From NCBI RefSeq assembly GCF_902713615.1, contig NC_052157.1, forward strand, positions 160,347,442 to 160,411,441: DNA of 64,000 nt, read 5' to 3'. Numbering within the stretch: the stretch's first letter is position 1; every line of letters begins with the position of its first letter. Shown here piece after piece: positions 48,200 through 59,948 of this stretch. Origin of the DNA: Scyliorhinus canicula (lineage: Eukaryota). Under the pieces are notes generated by a model. The model saw nothing but the letters and a program-made list of their open reading frames with translations, did not search any database and was not told the origin of the DNA. The translations under genes were made by a program, and so were the position numbers.

Positions 48200-48341
48200 C
48201 TTCCTGGCTTTTCCACAGCATGACTCCATGCATCTGTCCCGAGACACCGATCCTGCGCACCTTGCAGAGGTGTTCCCTGGGCAGAGCAGCAACACACTGG
48301 TGAAGAGCTGACAAGATCTGAGCAACATCCTGCTCCTGGCT
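48200..48341 (-). CDS. SHPK: SHPK coding exon 2 (142 bp)
   Basis: Encodes SQEQDVAQILSALHQCVAALPREHLCKVRRIGVSGQMHGVMLWKSQE. Bounded by cag| and |gtaagt. Confidence 0.95.
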
Positions 48342-49879
48342 CTGGAATGAAAAGTAAGGTGACAAACCTCTCCTGTGTTGGTGAGCCTTAACCTCTCCCT
48401 TATTCTCCTTTTCTTTCTTTTACCTGTTTGTTCGTCACAGCTGACAATACCTGAAAAGGTTCGATGTTTAATTTCATTTCCAATAAGGAGGCTAGGATTG
48501 ACCCACCTGAAAGGTGTTCCCTTAGGGGCTTCAGCTGGGTCATTCTTGGAAGTCCATCCCATCTTCTTAACCTGAATTAGTCCCTTTCCCCATCCCATTA
48601 TGTATCTCTGGGTTCAGTTATTTCTGTGTCTGTAGCCTCTTAGGGAAGTGCCTTGTGCACTCTCACAATAGGAGGTTTTAGCCTGGGTCTTTGGATTATC
48701 GCTGCAACAACACCGCTCCTATATTCACAATGTGCCATGTCAACCTGCCTGTGCCAAGCTTTACTTTACAGTTGATTTGGAATGGTATGTGTACTAGGTG
48801 AACAAAAGTGGGGATGGGTTGGCGTTGAGTTGCTGTTGACACTAGTTAGTGATTAGTTCATGAACACTGTCATCGCTTATTGATTAACACTGGATGACTG
48901 GTTAAAGGATAATCTACTTGGCAATAGTGACTAGGTTTTGAGTAATGCATAGCAGTGATTGGTTAATGGTTAACTGGGACTAGTTAAGCATGTCTGAGAT
49001 ACTACTATTCTTAGTCAACAGCTAGCTAATTGTTGATGCAAAGTCTGGAAACTTAGAATGGTTGTTTAATCTCCGCCAGAAGTTATGGGGATGGGTAACG
49101 TGTTCTCAATTCTCTTGGGTCTACTTTGATTTGTTGCACTGAAAATGAATGAATGCATTTACGAAATGTAAGAAAAAAGAATGGTTTGTGAAATTCCCCT
49201 CGCCACAGTTACACTTTTCCAAAGTCCAATTGGCAACACGAGCAAAGAAAACAATGTGTCTGTAACTGGGTGCAGGCAGATTCCTCTTGGCTCAACACGA
49301 TTATCTTATTTGTGTGAATCATCTGCATAAAACAGCACAGGAAATGGGGTTTTGTTCTTTCTCCAATTCAAATTTAACCGTTAATTCTGATTCCTAAAAT
49401 CGCAGAGCCTTACAAGACAGAAGAAAGCCATTCAGCCCATCAGACCTGTGCCAGCAAGTCGGCAGCATGGTGGCGCAGTGGTTAGCACTGCTGCCTCATG
49501 GCGCTGAAGATCCGGGTTCGATCCCGGCTCTGGGTCACTGTCCGTGGGGAGTTTCCACATTCTCCCTGTGTCTGCGTGGCTCTCACCCCCACAACCCAGA
49601 GATGTGCAGGGTAGGTGGATTGGCCCCACACTAAATTGACCCTTGATTGGAAACAAATAATTTGGGTACTCTAAATTTTTAAAATACCTGCACCAGCATA
49701 TGCATGGGAACATCTGTCCAATTCGTGCCCTCTTCCCCGCAGACCTCCAAATATTTTCTTTCCTGGTATTTTTCCAATTCCCTTTCAGTCATTCTAAATC
49801 ATAACTCGCTGTGCAAAAAAACAATTTCTCCTCACCAGGCCTTGGGTTTATTTGTAAATGAAGAAAGTTGTAGTTAGGG

Positions 49880-51165
49880 ATGTGTCAGTGGGCAGCGCTC
49901 CCACTGTCACGTCAGAAAGTCATGGATTGAAGTCCCATTCCAAAGACCTCGGCACAAAATCTAGGGCAACCCTTCAGGACTGAGGGAGCGCCGCAGGGCT
50001 GAGGGAGCGCCGCAGGACTGAGGGAGCGCTGCAGGACTGAGGGAGCGCTGCAGGACTGAGGGAGCGCCGCAGGGCTGAGGGAGCGCCGCAGGGCTGAGGG
50101 AGCGCCGCAGGGCTGAGGGAGCGCCGCAGGGCTGAGGGAGCGCCGCAGGGCTGAGGGAGCGCCTCAGGACAGAGGGAGCGCTTCAGGACAGAGGGAGCGC
50201 TTCAGGACAGAGGGAGCGCTTCAGGACAGAGGGAGCGCTTCAGGACTGAGGGAGCGCTTCAGGACTGAGGGAGCGCTGCAGGACTGAGGGAGCGCTGCAG
50301 GACTGAGGGAGCGCTGCAGGACTGAGGGAGCGCCTCAGGACTGAGGGAGCGCCGCAGGACTGAGGGAGCGCCGCAGGACTGAGGGAGCGCCGCAGGGCTG
50401 AGGGAGCGCCGCAGGGCTGAGGGAGCGCCGCAGGGCTGAGGGAGCGCCGCAGGGCTGAGGGAGCGCCGCAGGGCTGAGGGAGCGCCGCAGGGCTGAGGGA
50501 GCGCCGCAGGGCTGAGGGAGCGCCGCAGGGCTGAGGGAGCGCCGCAGGGCTGAGGGAGCGCCGCAGGGCTGAGGGAGCGCCGCAGGGCTGAGGGAGCGCC
50601 TCAGGGCTGAGGGAGCGCCGCAGGGCTGAGGGAGCGCCGCAGGGCTGAGGGAGCGCCGCAGGGCTGAGGGAGCGCCGCAGGGCTGAGGGAGCGCCTCAGG
50701 ACTGAGGGAGCGCCGCAGGACTGAGGGAGCACCGCAGGACTGAGGGAGCGCCTCAGGGCTGAGGGAGCGCCGCAGGGCTGAGGGAGCGCCGCAGGACTGA
50801 GGGAGCGCCTCAGGACTGAGGGAGCGCCGCAGGACTGAGGGAGCACCGCAGGACTGAGGGAGCGCCTCAGGGCTGAGGGAGCGCCGCAGGGCTGAGGGAG
50901 CGCCGCAGGGCTGAGGGAGCGCCGCAGGACTGAGGGAATCAAATGGTCTCTTACTCATCTAAACTCCAGTAGATACAAGCCTAGCCTGTCCAACCTTTCC
51001 TCATAAGACAACCCGCCCATTCCAGATATCAGTTCAGTAAATCTTCTCTTAACTGCGTCTAACACAATGACATCAGTCACTACACTTTGGAAGGCTTTCT
51101 TTGGCTGTAGAGTGCTTTGTGATGTCCTGAGGTCATGAAAGGTGCTATGAAAATGCAAGGGTTCT
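49880..51165 (+). mobile_element. DeuSINE (SacSINE1-like) disrupted by a 20-bp array and a CR1 fragment
   Basis: Head gtcagtgggcagcgctc...agtcccattcc...gcacaaaatctagg and tail gatgtcctgaggtcatgaaaggtgctat...aatgcaag. Other tails lie near 44200-44400, 53040-53220 and 63780-63960. Family name assigned from recalled consensus. Confidence 0.6.
49975..50937. repeat. 20-bp minisatellite cagg(g/a)ctgagggagcgccg
   Basis: About 48 units. Confidence 0.97.
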
Positions 51166-51252
51166 CTTTATTGGGGAGACTGGCCCCCTTTTTGCATGAA
51201 ATTCAATGAGACAGCCAGCGTAAATCAAAGCAAGATGCTGTGTTTTCTTTAC

Positions 51253-51408
51253 CTTGTCTCCCTCCATGCAGCTGACCTCTGCCTTGGTTTCCTGGATCTG
51301 GCTGTCAACCACTGCCCGGCTCTCAATATCCAACAACACCACCTTTACCGAGCTGGTACCAAGATCCAGACCCAACACGTACTGGGGAGAAGGAGCTTGC
51401 AAACTCAT
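51253..51408 (-). CDS. SHPK: SHPK coding exon 1 (156 coding bp; exon starts at 51414 after an acceptor)
   Basis: Encodes MSLQAPSPQYVLGLDLGTSSVKVVLLD...EGDK with the FGGY phosphate-1 motif, then |gtaaag. The seven exons sum to 1407 nt = 468 aa + stop with consistent phases. Confidence 0.95.
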
Positions 51409-52924
51409 TTTCAACTATAAAAACACCAAAAAAAAGTTAACAATTTACATTTTGTTAGGGTCCTTGGAAGTGAACCCAACTATTTGAACTTTGTTAAATT
51501 GTGAGAAATTATTACTTTAATTTACACACAGATTAACTAAATTAACAACAGAGAAATATCTTTACAGTTAACAATTCTTAAGCAAAAGAGAACCTTTAAC
51601 TTACTTCCTAAATCTGCCTCTATATTCCAGTTAAGCAAACCAACATAGTTCAAACACCACGCACGAATAAAGTTTTTAAAAAATAAATGTGGAGTACCCA
51701 ATTATTTTTTATCCAATTAAGGGGCAATTGAGCGTGGCCAATCCACTTAACCTGCACATCTTTGGGTTGTGGGGGTGAAACCCATGCAGACATGGGGAGA
51801 ATGTGCAAACTTCACACGGACAGTGACTCAGGGCCGGGATTCAAATCCAGGTCCAGGATTCAAACCCAGGTTCTCAGCGTGCAGTCCCAGTGTTAACCAC
51901 TGTGCCACATGCCGCCCATGAATAAAGTTAATAGCCAGGTTTCTACTTGGTTTTCTCGGTACAGAGTCTTTGGAGAGAGAACCTTTCTGGACCAAAAAAA
52001 ACTCTGCTCAGATTAAAATCCTCGGAAGAACTACCTTTTCAGACAGACCTAGCTCCTCCCTTTAATTACACCATCTGCATCCAAAGCTTATCTGCCTCCT
52101 CCCACAAGATCACCCATGACCTGTTTAGCCAGGACCAAACACAATACCCCTCCTTAATTATCGACACCCCAGTTGTTGTTTAAATACAAACAATATTCCA
52201 TTAGCAGAACATTTCACCTGCAAAATCAATGATGACTTCACTTTTACAATCCCTTAATCACAGCTTTAACAGGCATTATTACGATCTTGGACCAGACCCC
52301 AATGTTTCCTAGGATACCAGACAGAAACCGCAAAACGGTTTTTAAATTTGGAAGACTGTGAGGAAAGAATACTCCTTCGCTCCAGGAGGGATTCCACCCA
52401 AAACCAGGGATATGGTATATTAAAAAAAATGTTACTATTGACACAGTATTAAAGTATCTTTGACATCACACAAAAAATAGCTTACAATTACTCCTTAAAC
52501 TATGCTAATAAATGCAGTGACATAATAATTCAACTGCAATCTATTTCCAATCAAACATCTCCTGGCCCAATCCACTTTTAAATACAGTTAGCACTCAGGA
52601 ATATTTCATAGAATTTACAGTGCAGAAGGAGGCCATTCGGCCCTTGGAAAGAGCACCCCACCCAATGTCAACATCTCCACTCTATCCCCATAACCCAGTA
52701 ACCCCACCCAACACTAAGGGCAATTTTGGACGCTAAGGGCAATTTATCATGGCCAATCCACCTAATCTGCACATCGTTGGACTGTGGGAGGAAACCGGAA
52801 CACCCGGAGGAAACCCACGCACCCACGGGGAGAACGCACAGACAGTGACCCAAGCCGGGAATCGAACCTGGGTCCCTGGAGCTGTGAAGCAATTGTGCTA
52901 TCCACAATGCTACCGTGCTGCCCC

Positions 52925-53110
52925 TTGGACAAAATTGGCCGCTGTGTTTAACTACATAACAATGGTGACTGTGCTTCACAATGGCTTCCTCCCTGTAAAA
53001 GAGCTTTTCACAGAAAAAATTCTACGAAAAGCTCTTTTACAGGGAAGAAGCCATTGTGAAGCACAGTCACCATTGTTATGTAGTTAAACACAGCGGCCAA
53101 TTTTGTCCAA
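52925..53110. repeat. Near-perfect inverted repeat (85-bp arms, 16-nt spacer)
   Basis: 52925-53009 pairs with 53026-53110 with one mismatch. Confidence 0.92.
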
Positions 53111-54767
53111 AAAAAAACAAATGAAGTGAGTAACCAGTTAGTTTGACCTTTTGGTTAAGCATGGGATGTTGTTTGGGACACTCAGAACTCCCTGCTCTTT
53201 GAAAGAAATACCACAAGCTTGATAACTCCAAAACATAAGCATGGCTTGAAAGAAGAATGATCTCACATTACAATGTCTTAATTGCAACTTCTGCAGTCAC
53301 AGTGTCTGTCTTTCTTTTAGACCAGGTTTTTGAAAAGGTATTACTGCAGCAGATAACACTGCTGCAAAAATATGACAATTTCTCACATTCATCACAATTT
53401 ATACAGCGCCTGATTAACCTTAGTAAGGCATTCCAAGGTGTTTTACAGTAGCATTAACAAACAAAATTTGACACCATGTCATTTAGGGAGATACTTGGTT
53501 AATATTAAAAATAAAAGTGTGGTTAAAGAGGGTGGTATCATGAGCAGCACGGTGGCGCAGTGGTTAGCATTGCTGCTTCACGGCGCTGAGGTCCCAGGTT
53601 CGATCCCAGCCCCGGGTCACTGTCCGTGTGGAGTTTGCACATTGTCCCCGTGTCTGCGTGGGTTTCGCCCCCACAACCCAAAGATGTGCAGGTTAGGTGG
53701 ATTGGCCATGCTAAGTTGCCCCTTCATTGGAAAAAAATTCATTGGGTACTCTAAATTTAAAAAGAAAAGGGCGGTTTCAAGGAAAATATTAATGAAAAGA
53801 AAGGTGCACAAATTCAGGAAGGAAATTCAAGAACGTATGCCCCAGGCAGCTGAGGACGCTGCCAGCGATCAGTAATTGTAAGAGGCCAGAATTGGAGGGG
53901 TGCAGAAATCTTGGGAGGATGGAGGAGGTTACAGAGAGGTCACAGAGGGGTTTGAACACAAGAGGCTTCCCCGTGGGAATTACAAGAAATATCTTTTCGA
54001 ATTGTAAAAAGGTTTGATAAGGCCAGAATTTGAGGCCAAGTAAATGTAAAATAAGAACATCACAAGTGGACAAAAATAACAAATAGGCATATCACGTAAA
54101 CTCTCCTAAATTCTATATTTAAAAAAAAATAACAATAAGTCTTGATTGAACATTTGTTGGATCTGAGGTGGAGTAGGCAGCATGGTAGCACAGTGGTTAG
54201 CATTATTGCTTCACAGCTCCAGGGTCCCAGGCTTGATTTCTGGCTTGGGTCACTGTCTGTGCGGAGTCTGCACAGTCTCCCCGAGTCTGCGTGGGTTTCC
54301 TCCGGGTGCTCCGGTTTCCTCCCACCGTCCAAAGATGTGCAGGTTAGGTGGAATCGCTGTGCTAAATTGCCCCTCAGTGTCCAAGAAATGGTGAGGTGGG
54401 GTTACTAGGTCATGGGGATCGGGTGGAGGTGTGAGCTTCAGTAAGGTGCTCTTTCCAAGGGTCGGTGCAGACTCGATGGGCCGAATGGCTTCCTTCTGCA
54501 TGGTAAATTCCACGATTCTATGGTATGCTGGAAGCGCTCGGACTGAATCTGAACAGTTCTAAAAGGTTAAGGACGGGGCTTAATCGAGGAATTCAAAATG
54601 ATGAAGGGTTTAAACAGAGTGAATGAGGGGAACCTTCCGAGGGGCAGGAGGGTTGGGAAGCAGAGGGACACAGATAATAATTTTTATTGGGCATAATGGC
54701 AAAATAAAGGAGCAGAGGGAGATGATGGTAAGATTGTTCTGCAGAGCTTGTTGTGATGTGGAATGTG

Positions 54768-55986
54768 CGGCCTGAATGGCCTCCTGAGCTGTCTCACTGT
54801 GCGGCCTGATTGGCCTCCTGTGCCGTCTCACTGTGCGGCCTGAATGGCCTCCTGTGCTGTCTCACTGTGCGGCCTGAATGGCCTCCTGTGCTATCTCACT
54901 GTGCGGCCTGAATGGCCTCCTGTGCTATCTCACTGTGCGGCCTGAATGGCCTCCTGTGCTATCTCACTGTGCGGCCTGAATTGTCTCACTGTGCGGCCTT
55001 AATGGCCTCCTGTGCTGTCTCACTAAGTGGCCTGAATGGCCTCCTGTGCTGTCTCACTGTGCGGCCTCCTGTGCTGTCACTGTGCTGCCTGAATGGCCTC
55101 CTGTGCTGTCTCACTGTGCGGCCCGAATGGCCTCCTGTGCTGTCTCACTGAGTGGCCTGAATGGCCTCCTGTGCTGTCTCACTGAGTGGCCTGAATGGCC
55201 TCCTGTGCTGTCTCACTAAGTGGCCTGAATGGCCTCCTGTGCTGTCTCACTGTGCGGCCCGAATGGCCTCCTGTGCTGCCCGAATGGCCTCCTGTGCTGT
55301 CTCACTGTGCGGCCTGAATGGCCTCCTGTGCTGTCTCACTGTGCGGCCTGAATGGCCTCCTGTGCTGTCTCGCTGAGTGGCCTGAATGGCCTCCTGTGCT
55401 GTCTCGCTGAGTGGCCTGAATGGCCTCCTGTGCTGTCTCGCTGAGTGGCCTGAATGGCCTCCTGTGCTGTCTCACTGTGCGGCCTGAATGGCCTCCTGTG
55501 CTGTCTCACTGTGCGGCCTGAATGGCCTCCTGTGCTGTCTCACTGTGCGGCCTGAATGGCCTCCTGTGCTGTCTCACTGTGCGGCCTGAATGGCCTCCTG
55601 TGCTGGCTCACTGTGCGGCCTGAATGGCCTCCTGTGCTGCCTGTGATGGGCCTGAATGGCCTCCTGTGCTGCCTGTGAGGGGCCTGAATGGCCTCCTGTG
55701 CTGCCTGTGAGGGGCCTGAATGGCCTCCTGTGCTGTCACACTGAGCGGCCTGAATGGCCTCCTGTGCTGGCTCACTGTGCGGCCTGAATGGCCTCCTGTG
55801 CTATCTCACTGTGCGGCCTGAATGGCCTCCTGTGCTGGCTCACTGTGCGGCCTGAATGGCCTCCTGTGCTATCTCACTGTGCGGCCTGAATGGCCTCCTG
55901 TGCTGGCTCACTGTGCGGCCTGAATGGCCTCCTGTGCTATCTCACTGTGCGGCCTGAATGGCCTCCTGTGCTGCCTGAGGGGCCTG
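54768..55986. repeat. 34-bp minisatellite ggcctgaatggcctcctgtgctgtctcactgtgc
   Basis: About 36 units following a CR1 fragment (54535-54770). Confidence 0.95.
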
Positions 55987-56324
55987 ACATTGGCTCAGTC
56001 GCACTTCCGGGGGCGGAGCTTCTGATTAGTATATTCATGACGGGCGGGGCATGACTAGATTTTGGCGGGGTGTGCATAAATTGGGGCGGGCGTGCATAAA
56101 TTAGGGCGGGGCATGCATAGATTAGGGCGTGTCCGCACAGATTAGGGCGGGAGCAACCTTTGGATTGACAGCCCCGCCTCGGAAACCGGCCTCAATGGCA
56201 TTAACAGACATTTGGATGATTTACTGAGGACAAGCGGCAGGTTAGGAGGAGCAGAGCGCGCACCGTGCGCTCAGGTAACTGAAATCCGGGGATTGCGATT
56301 CCATAAAGAGGCGGAAATCATTAC

Positions 56325-56370
56325 CTGCCCGAGCCGCGCGCAGCAGCACCAACCGTCACCCGCCGGGGGA
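56325..56370 (-). other. SHPK: Probable non-coding first exon of SHPK (5' boundary approximate)
   Basis: Donor CAG|gtaatg at 56325/56324 inside the CpG island. Coding exon 1 has an acceptor 6 nt before its ATG, so an upstream exon is required. Confidence 0.55.
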
Positions 56371-56739
56371 GGGCGGGGCTCCGCGGGGGGCGGGGCTGCG
56401 TGATGGGGCGGGGGGCGGGGCTGCGCGATGGGGCGAGGGCTCCACGGCGGGGGGCGGGACTGCGCAGGGGCGGGACAGCGCGGCGGGGGGCGGGACTCCC
56501 CGGGGGGGGGGGACTGCGCGGGCGGGGGGCGGGACTGCGCGGCAGGGGGCGGGACTGAGCGGCGGGGGGCGGGACTGCGCGATGTCCGGGGGCTCCGCGG
56601 GAGGCGGGGCTCCGCGGCGGGGGGCGGGACTACGCGGCGGGGGGCGGGACTGCGCGATGGGGCGGGGGCTCCGCGGGGGGCGGGGCTTTGAAAAGATGGG
56701 CGGGCTGATGTAGTGGGCGGGGCATCCCGCCGCACGCTG

Positions 56740-56834
56740 TCAATCAAAGCCGAGCCTGCGGGAATCACATCCCGCCGCTGGAATTTTGTTGACTCCGCTC
56801 CAGTCGGCAGGGAATTGAGTTCCAATCCCCGCGG
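56740..56834 (+). other. EMC6: Probable non-coding first exon of EMC6 (5' boundary approximate)
   Basis: Donor CGG|gtgagg at 56834/56835 in the CpG island; matching acceptor tctttgttcactcacag| at 61247. Confidence 0.5.
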
Positions 56835-57228
56835 GTGAGGCCGGCGATATTTTAGTTGTGTTTTTCTGTGACGGGATGGTGAAGGTTAAAGGTGACGTGG
56901 GCGGGGATCCCTGGGTAATGGCGGCCGATTGAGGGGAAGGCGCCGTCCATCCGTCTGAGTGAGTGTGAGGGAAGGAGCGGCTGCGGCGCCCGATGCTCAG
57001 TCACCGGCTCTCCATCACTGACCACAGAGCGCGGACAGCAGCGGCCAGGCGGCGGGTTCGCGGCGCTGGCGGGCCGTGCTGGCGAGAGGGGGGCCGCCAC
57101 TCCCCCTCCGGCACTGATTGGGACACCTTAGCGGGAGGGAGGACCCCGGGCCTGCATCTCCACAGGGTGGACAGCAGAGGGCGCAGTGCCCAGGACAAAG
57201 GGAGCAGTGCAGAGTATCAACCAGACAC

Positions 57229-59948
57229 TACCTGTCCTGGGAGTGTTTGATGGGGACAGTGTAGAGGGAGCTTTACTCTGTATCTAACCCCGTGCTGTAC
57301 CTGTCCTGGGAGTGTTTGATGGGGACAGTGTAGAGGGAGCTTTACTCTGTATCTAACCCCGTGCTGTACCTGTCCTGGGAGTGTTTGATGGGAACAGTGT
57401 AGAGGGAGCTTTACTCTGTATCTAACCCCGTGCTGTACCTGTCCTGGGAGTGTTTGATTGGGACAGTGTAGAGGGAGCTTTACTCTGTATCTAACCCCGT
57501 GCTGTACCTGTCCTGGGAGTGTTTGATGGAGACAGTGTAGAGGGAGCTTTACTCTGTATCTAACCCTGTGCTGTACCTGTCCTGGGAGTGTTTGATGGGG
57601 ACAGTGTAGAGGGAGCTTTACTCTGTATCTAACCCCGTGCTGTACCTGCCCTGGGAGTGTTTGATGAGGACAGTGTAGAGGGAGCTTTACTCCCTCTACG
57701 GACGATTGGAAGATCGCTGTTGTAACCCCCTTGTTCAAGAAAGGATCAAGACAAAAGATGGAAAATTATAGGCCAATTAGCCTAACCTCGGTTGTTGGTA
57801 AAATTCTAGAATCGATCGTTAAGGATGAGATTTCTAATTTCTTGGAAGAGCAGGGTCGGATTAGAACAAGTCAACATGGATTTAGTAAGGGGAGGTCGTG
57901 CCTGACGAACCTGTTAGAATTCTTTGAGGAGGTGACAAGTAGGTTAGACCAGGGAAACCCAGTGGATGTGGTCTATCTGGATTTCCAAAAGGCCTTTGAT
58001 AAGGTGCCACACAGGAGGCTGCTGAGTAAGGTGAGGGCCCATGGTGTTCGAGGTGAGCTACTGGCATGGGTTGAGGATTGGCTGTCTGACAGAAGGCAGA
58101 GAGTTGGGATAAAAGGTTCTTTTTCGGAATGGCAGCCGATGACCAGCGGTGTCCCACAGGGTTCAGTGTTGGGGCCGCAGCTGTTCACCATATATATTAA
58201 TGATCTGGATGAAGGGACTGGGGGCATTCTAGCGAAGTTTGCTGATGATACGAAGTTAGGTGGTCAGGCAGGTAGTGCTGAGGAAGTGGGGAGGCTGCAG
58301 AAGGATCTAGACAGTTTGGGAGAGTGGTGCAGGAAATGGCTGATGCATTTCAACGTGAGAAAATGTGAGGTCTTGCACTTTGGAAAAAAGAATCCAAGCA
58401 TAGACTACTTTCTAAACGGTGAGAAAATTCATAATGCCAAAGTACAAAGGGATCTGGGAGTGCTAGTCGAGGATTCCCTAAAGGTAAACATGCAGGTTGA
58501 ATCCGTGATTAAGAAAGCGAATGCTATGTTGTCATTTATCTCAAGAGGGTTGGAATATAAAAGCAGCGATGTGCTACTGAGCCTTTATAAGGCTCTGGTT
58601 AGGCCCCATTTGGAGTACTGTGTCCAGTTTTGGGCCCCACATCTCAGGAAGGACATACTGGCACTGGAGCGTGTCCAGCGGAGATTCACACGGATGATCC
58701 CTGGAATGGCGGGTCTAGCATATGAGGAACGGCTGGCGTTCCTGGGATTGTATTCATTGGAGTTCAGAAGGTTAAGGGGAGATCTAATAGAAACTTACAA
58801 GATAATACATGGCTTAGAAAGGATGGACGCAAAGAAACTGTTTCCGTTAGGCGAGGAGTCGAGGACCCGTGGGCACAGCCTTAGAATTAGAGGGGGTAAA
58901 TTCAAAACAGAAATGCGGAGACATTTCTTCAGCCAGAGAGTGGTGGGCCTGTGGAATTCATTGCCGCAGAGTGCAGTGGAGGCCGGGACGCTAAATGGCT
59001 TCAAGGCAGAGATAGATAAATTCTTGATGTCGCGAGGAATTAAGGGCTATGGGGAGAATGCTGGGAGGTGGAGTTGAAATGCCCATCAGCCATGATTGAA
59101 TGGCGGAGTGGACTCGATGGGCCGAATGGCCTTACTTCCACTCCTATGTCTTATGGTCTTATGGTCTTACTCTCTATCTAACCCCGTGCTGTACCTGTCC
59201 TGGGGAGTGTTTGATGGGGACAGTGTAGAGGGAGCTTTACTCTGTATCTAAGCCCGTGCTGTACCTGTCCTGGGAGTGTTTGATGGGGACAGTGTAGAGG
59301 GAGCTTTACTCTGTATCTAACCCCGTGCTGTACCTGTCCTGGGAGTGTTTGATGGGGACAGTGTAGAGGGAGCTTTACTCTGTATCTAACCCCGTGCTGT
59401 ACCTGTCCTGGGAGTGTTTCATGGGGACAGTGTAGAGGGAGCTTTACTCTGTATCTAACCCCGTGCTGTACCTGTCCTGGGAGTGTTTGATGGGGACAGT
59501 GTAGAGGGAGCGTTACTCTGTATCTAACCCCGTGCTGTACCTGTCCTGGGAGTGTTTGACGGGGACAGTGTAGAGGGAGCTTTACTCTGTATCTAACCCC
59601 GTGCTGTACATGTCCTGTGAGTGTTTGATGGGGACAGTGTAGAGGGAGCTTTACCCTGTATCTAACCCCGTGCTGTACCTGTCCTGGGAGTGTTTGATGG
59701 GGACAGTGTAGAGGGAGCTTTACTCTGTATCTAACCCCATGCTGTACCTGCCCTGGGAGTGTTTGATGGGGACAGTGTAGGGTGAGCTTTACTCTGTATC
59801 TAACCCCGTGCTGTACCTGTCCTGGGAGTGTTTGATGGGAACAGCTTTACTCTGTATCTAACCCCGTGCTGTACCTGTCCTGGGAGTGTTTGATGGGGAC
59901 AGTGTAGAGGGAGCTTTACTCTGTATCTAACCCCGTGCTGTACCTGTC
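57229..59948. repeat. 69-bp satellite array split by a CR1 insertion
   Basis: gtgctgtacctgtcctgggagtgtttgatggggacagtgtagagggagctttactctgtatctaacccc at 57229-57692 and 59170-59948. Confidence 0.95.
57693..59169 (+). mobile_element. Young 5'-truncated CR1-type LINE with an uninterrupted RT reading frame
   Basis: 448-aa ORF with NYRPISLTS, QHGF, YLDFQKAFDKV, GVPQGSVLGP and FADD; (tcttatgg)n tail. Confidence 0.96.

Larger units (their letters stand above)
55990..57120. promoter_or_regulatory. CpG island / bidirectional promoter shared by SHPK and EMC6
   Basis: Very high CpG density, more than 10 GGGGCGGG GC boxes at 56370-56720, ETS motif ACTTCCGG near 56003, TGATTGACAG on the minus strand at 56737-56746, and outward-facing splice donors on both sides. 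Confidence 0.8.

Noticed and set aside
46915-59948. CRISPR-like appearance of regular 33-, 34- and 69-bp repeats
   Set aside because: The units are contiguous with no unique spacers, there are no cas genes, and the context is vertebrate.
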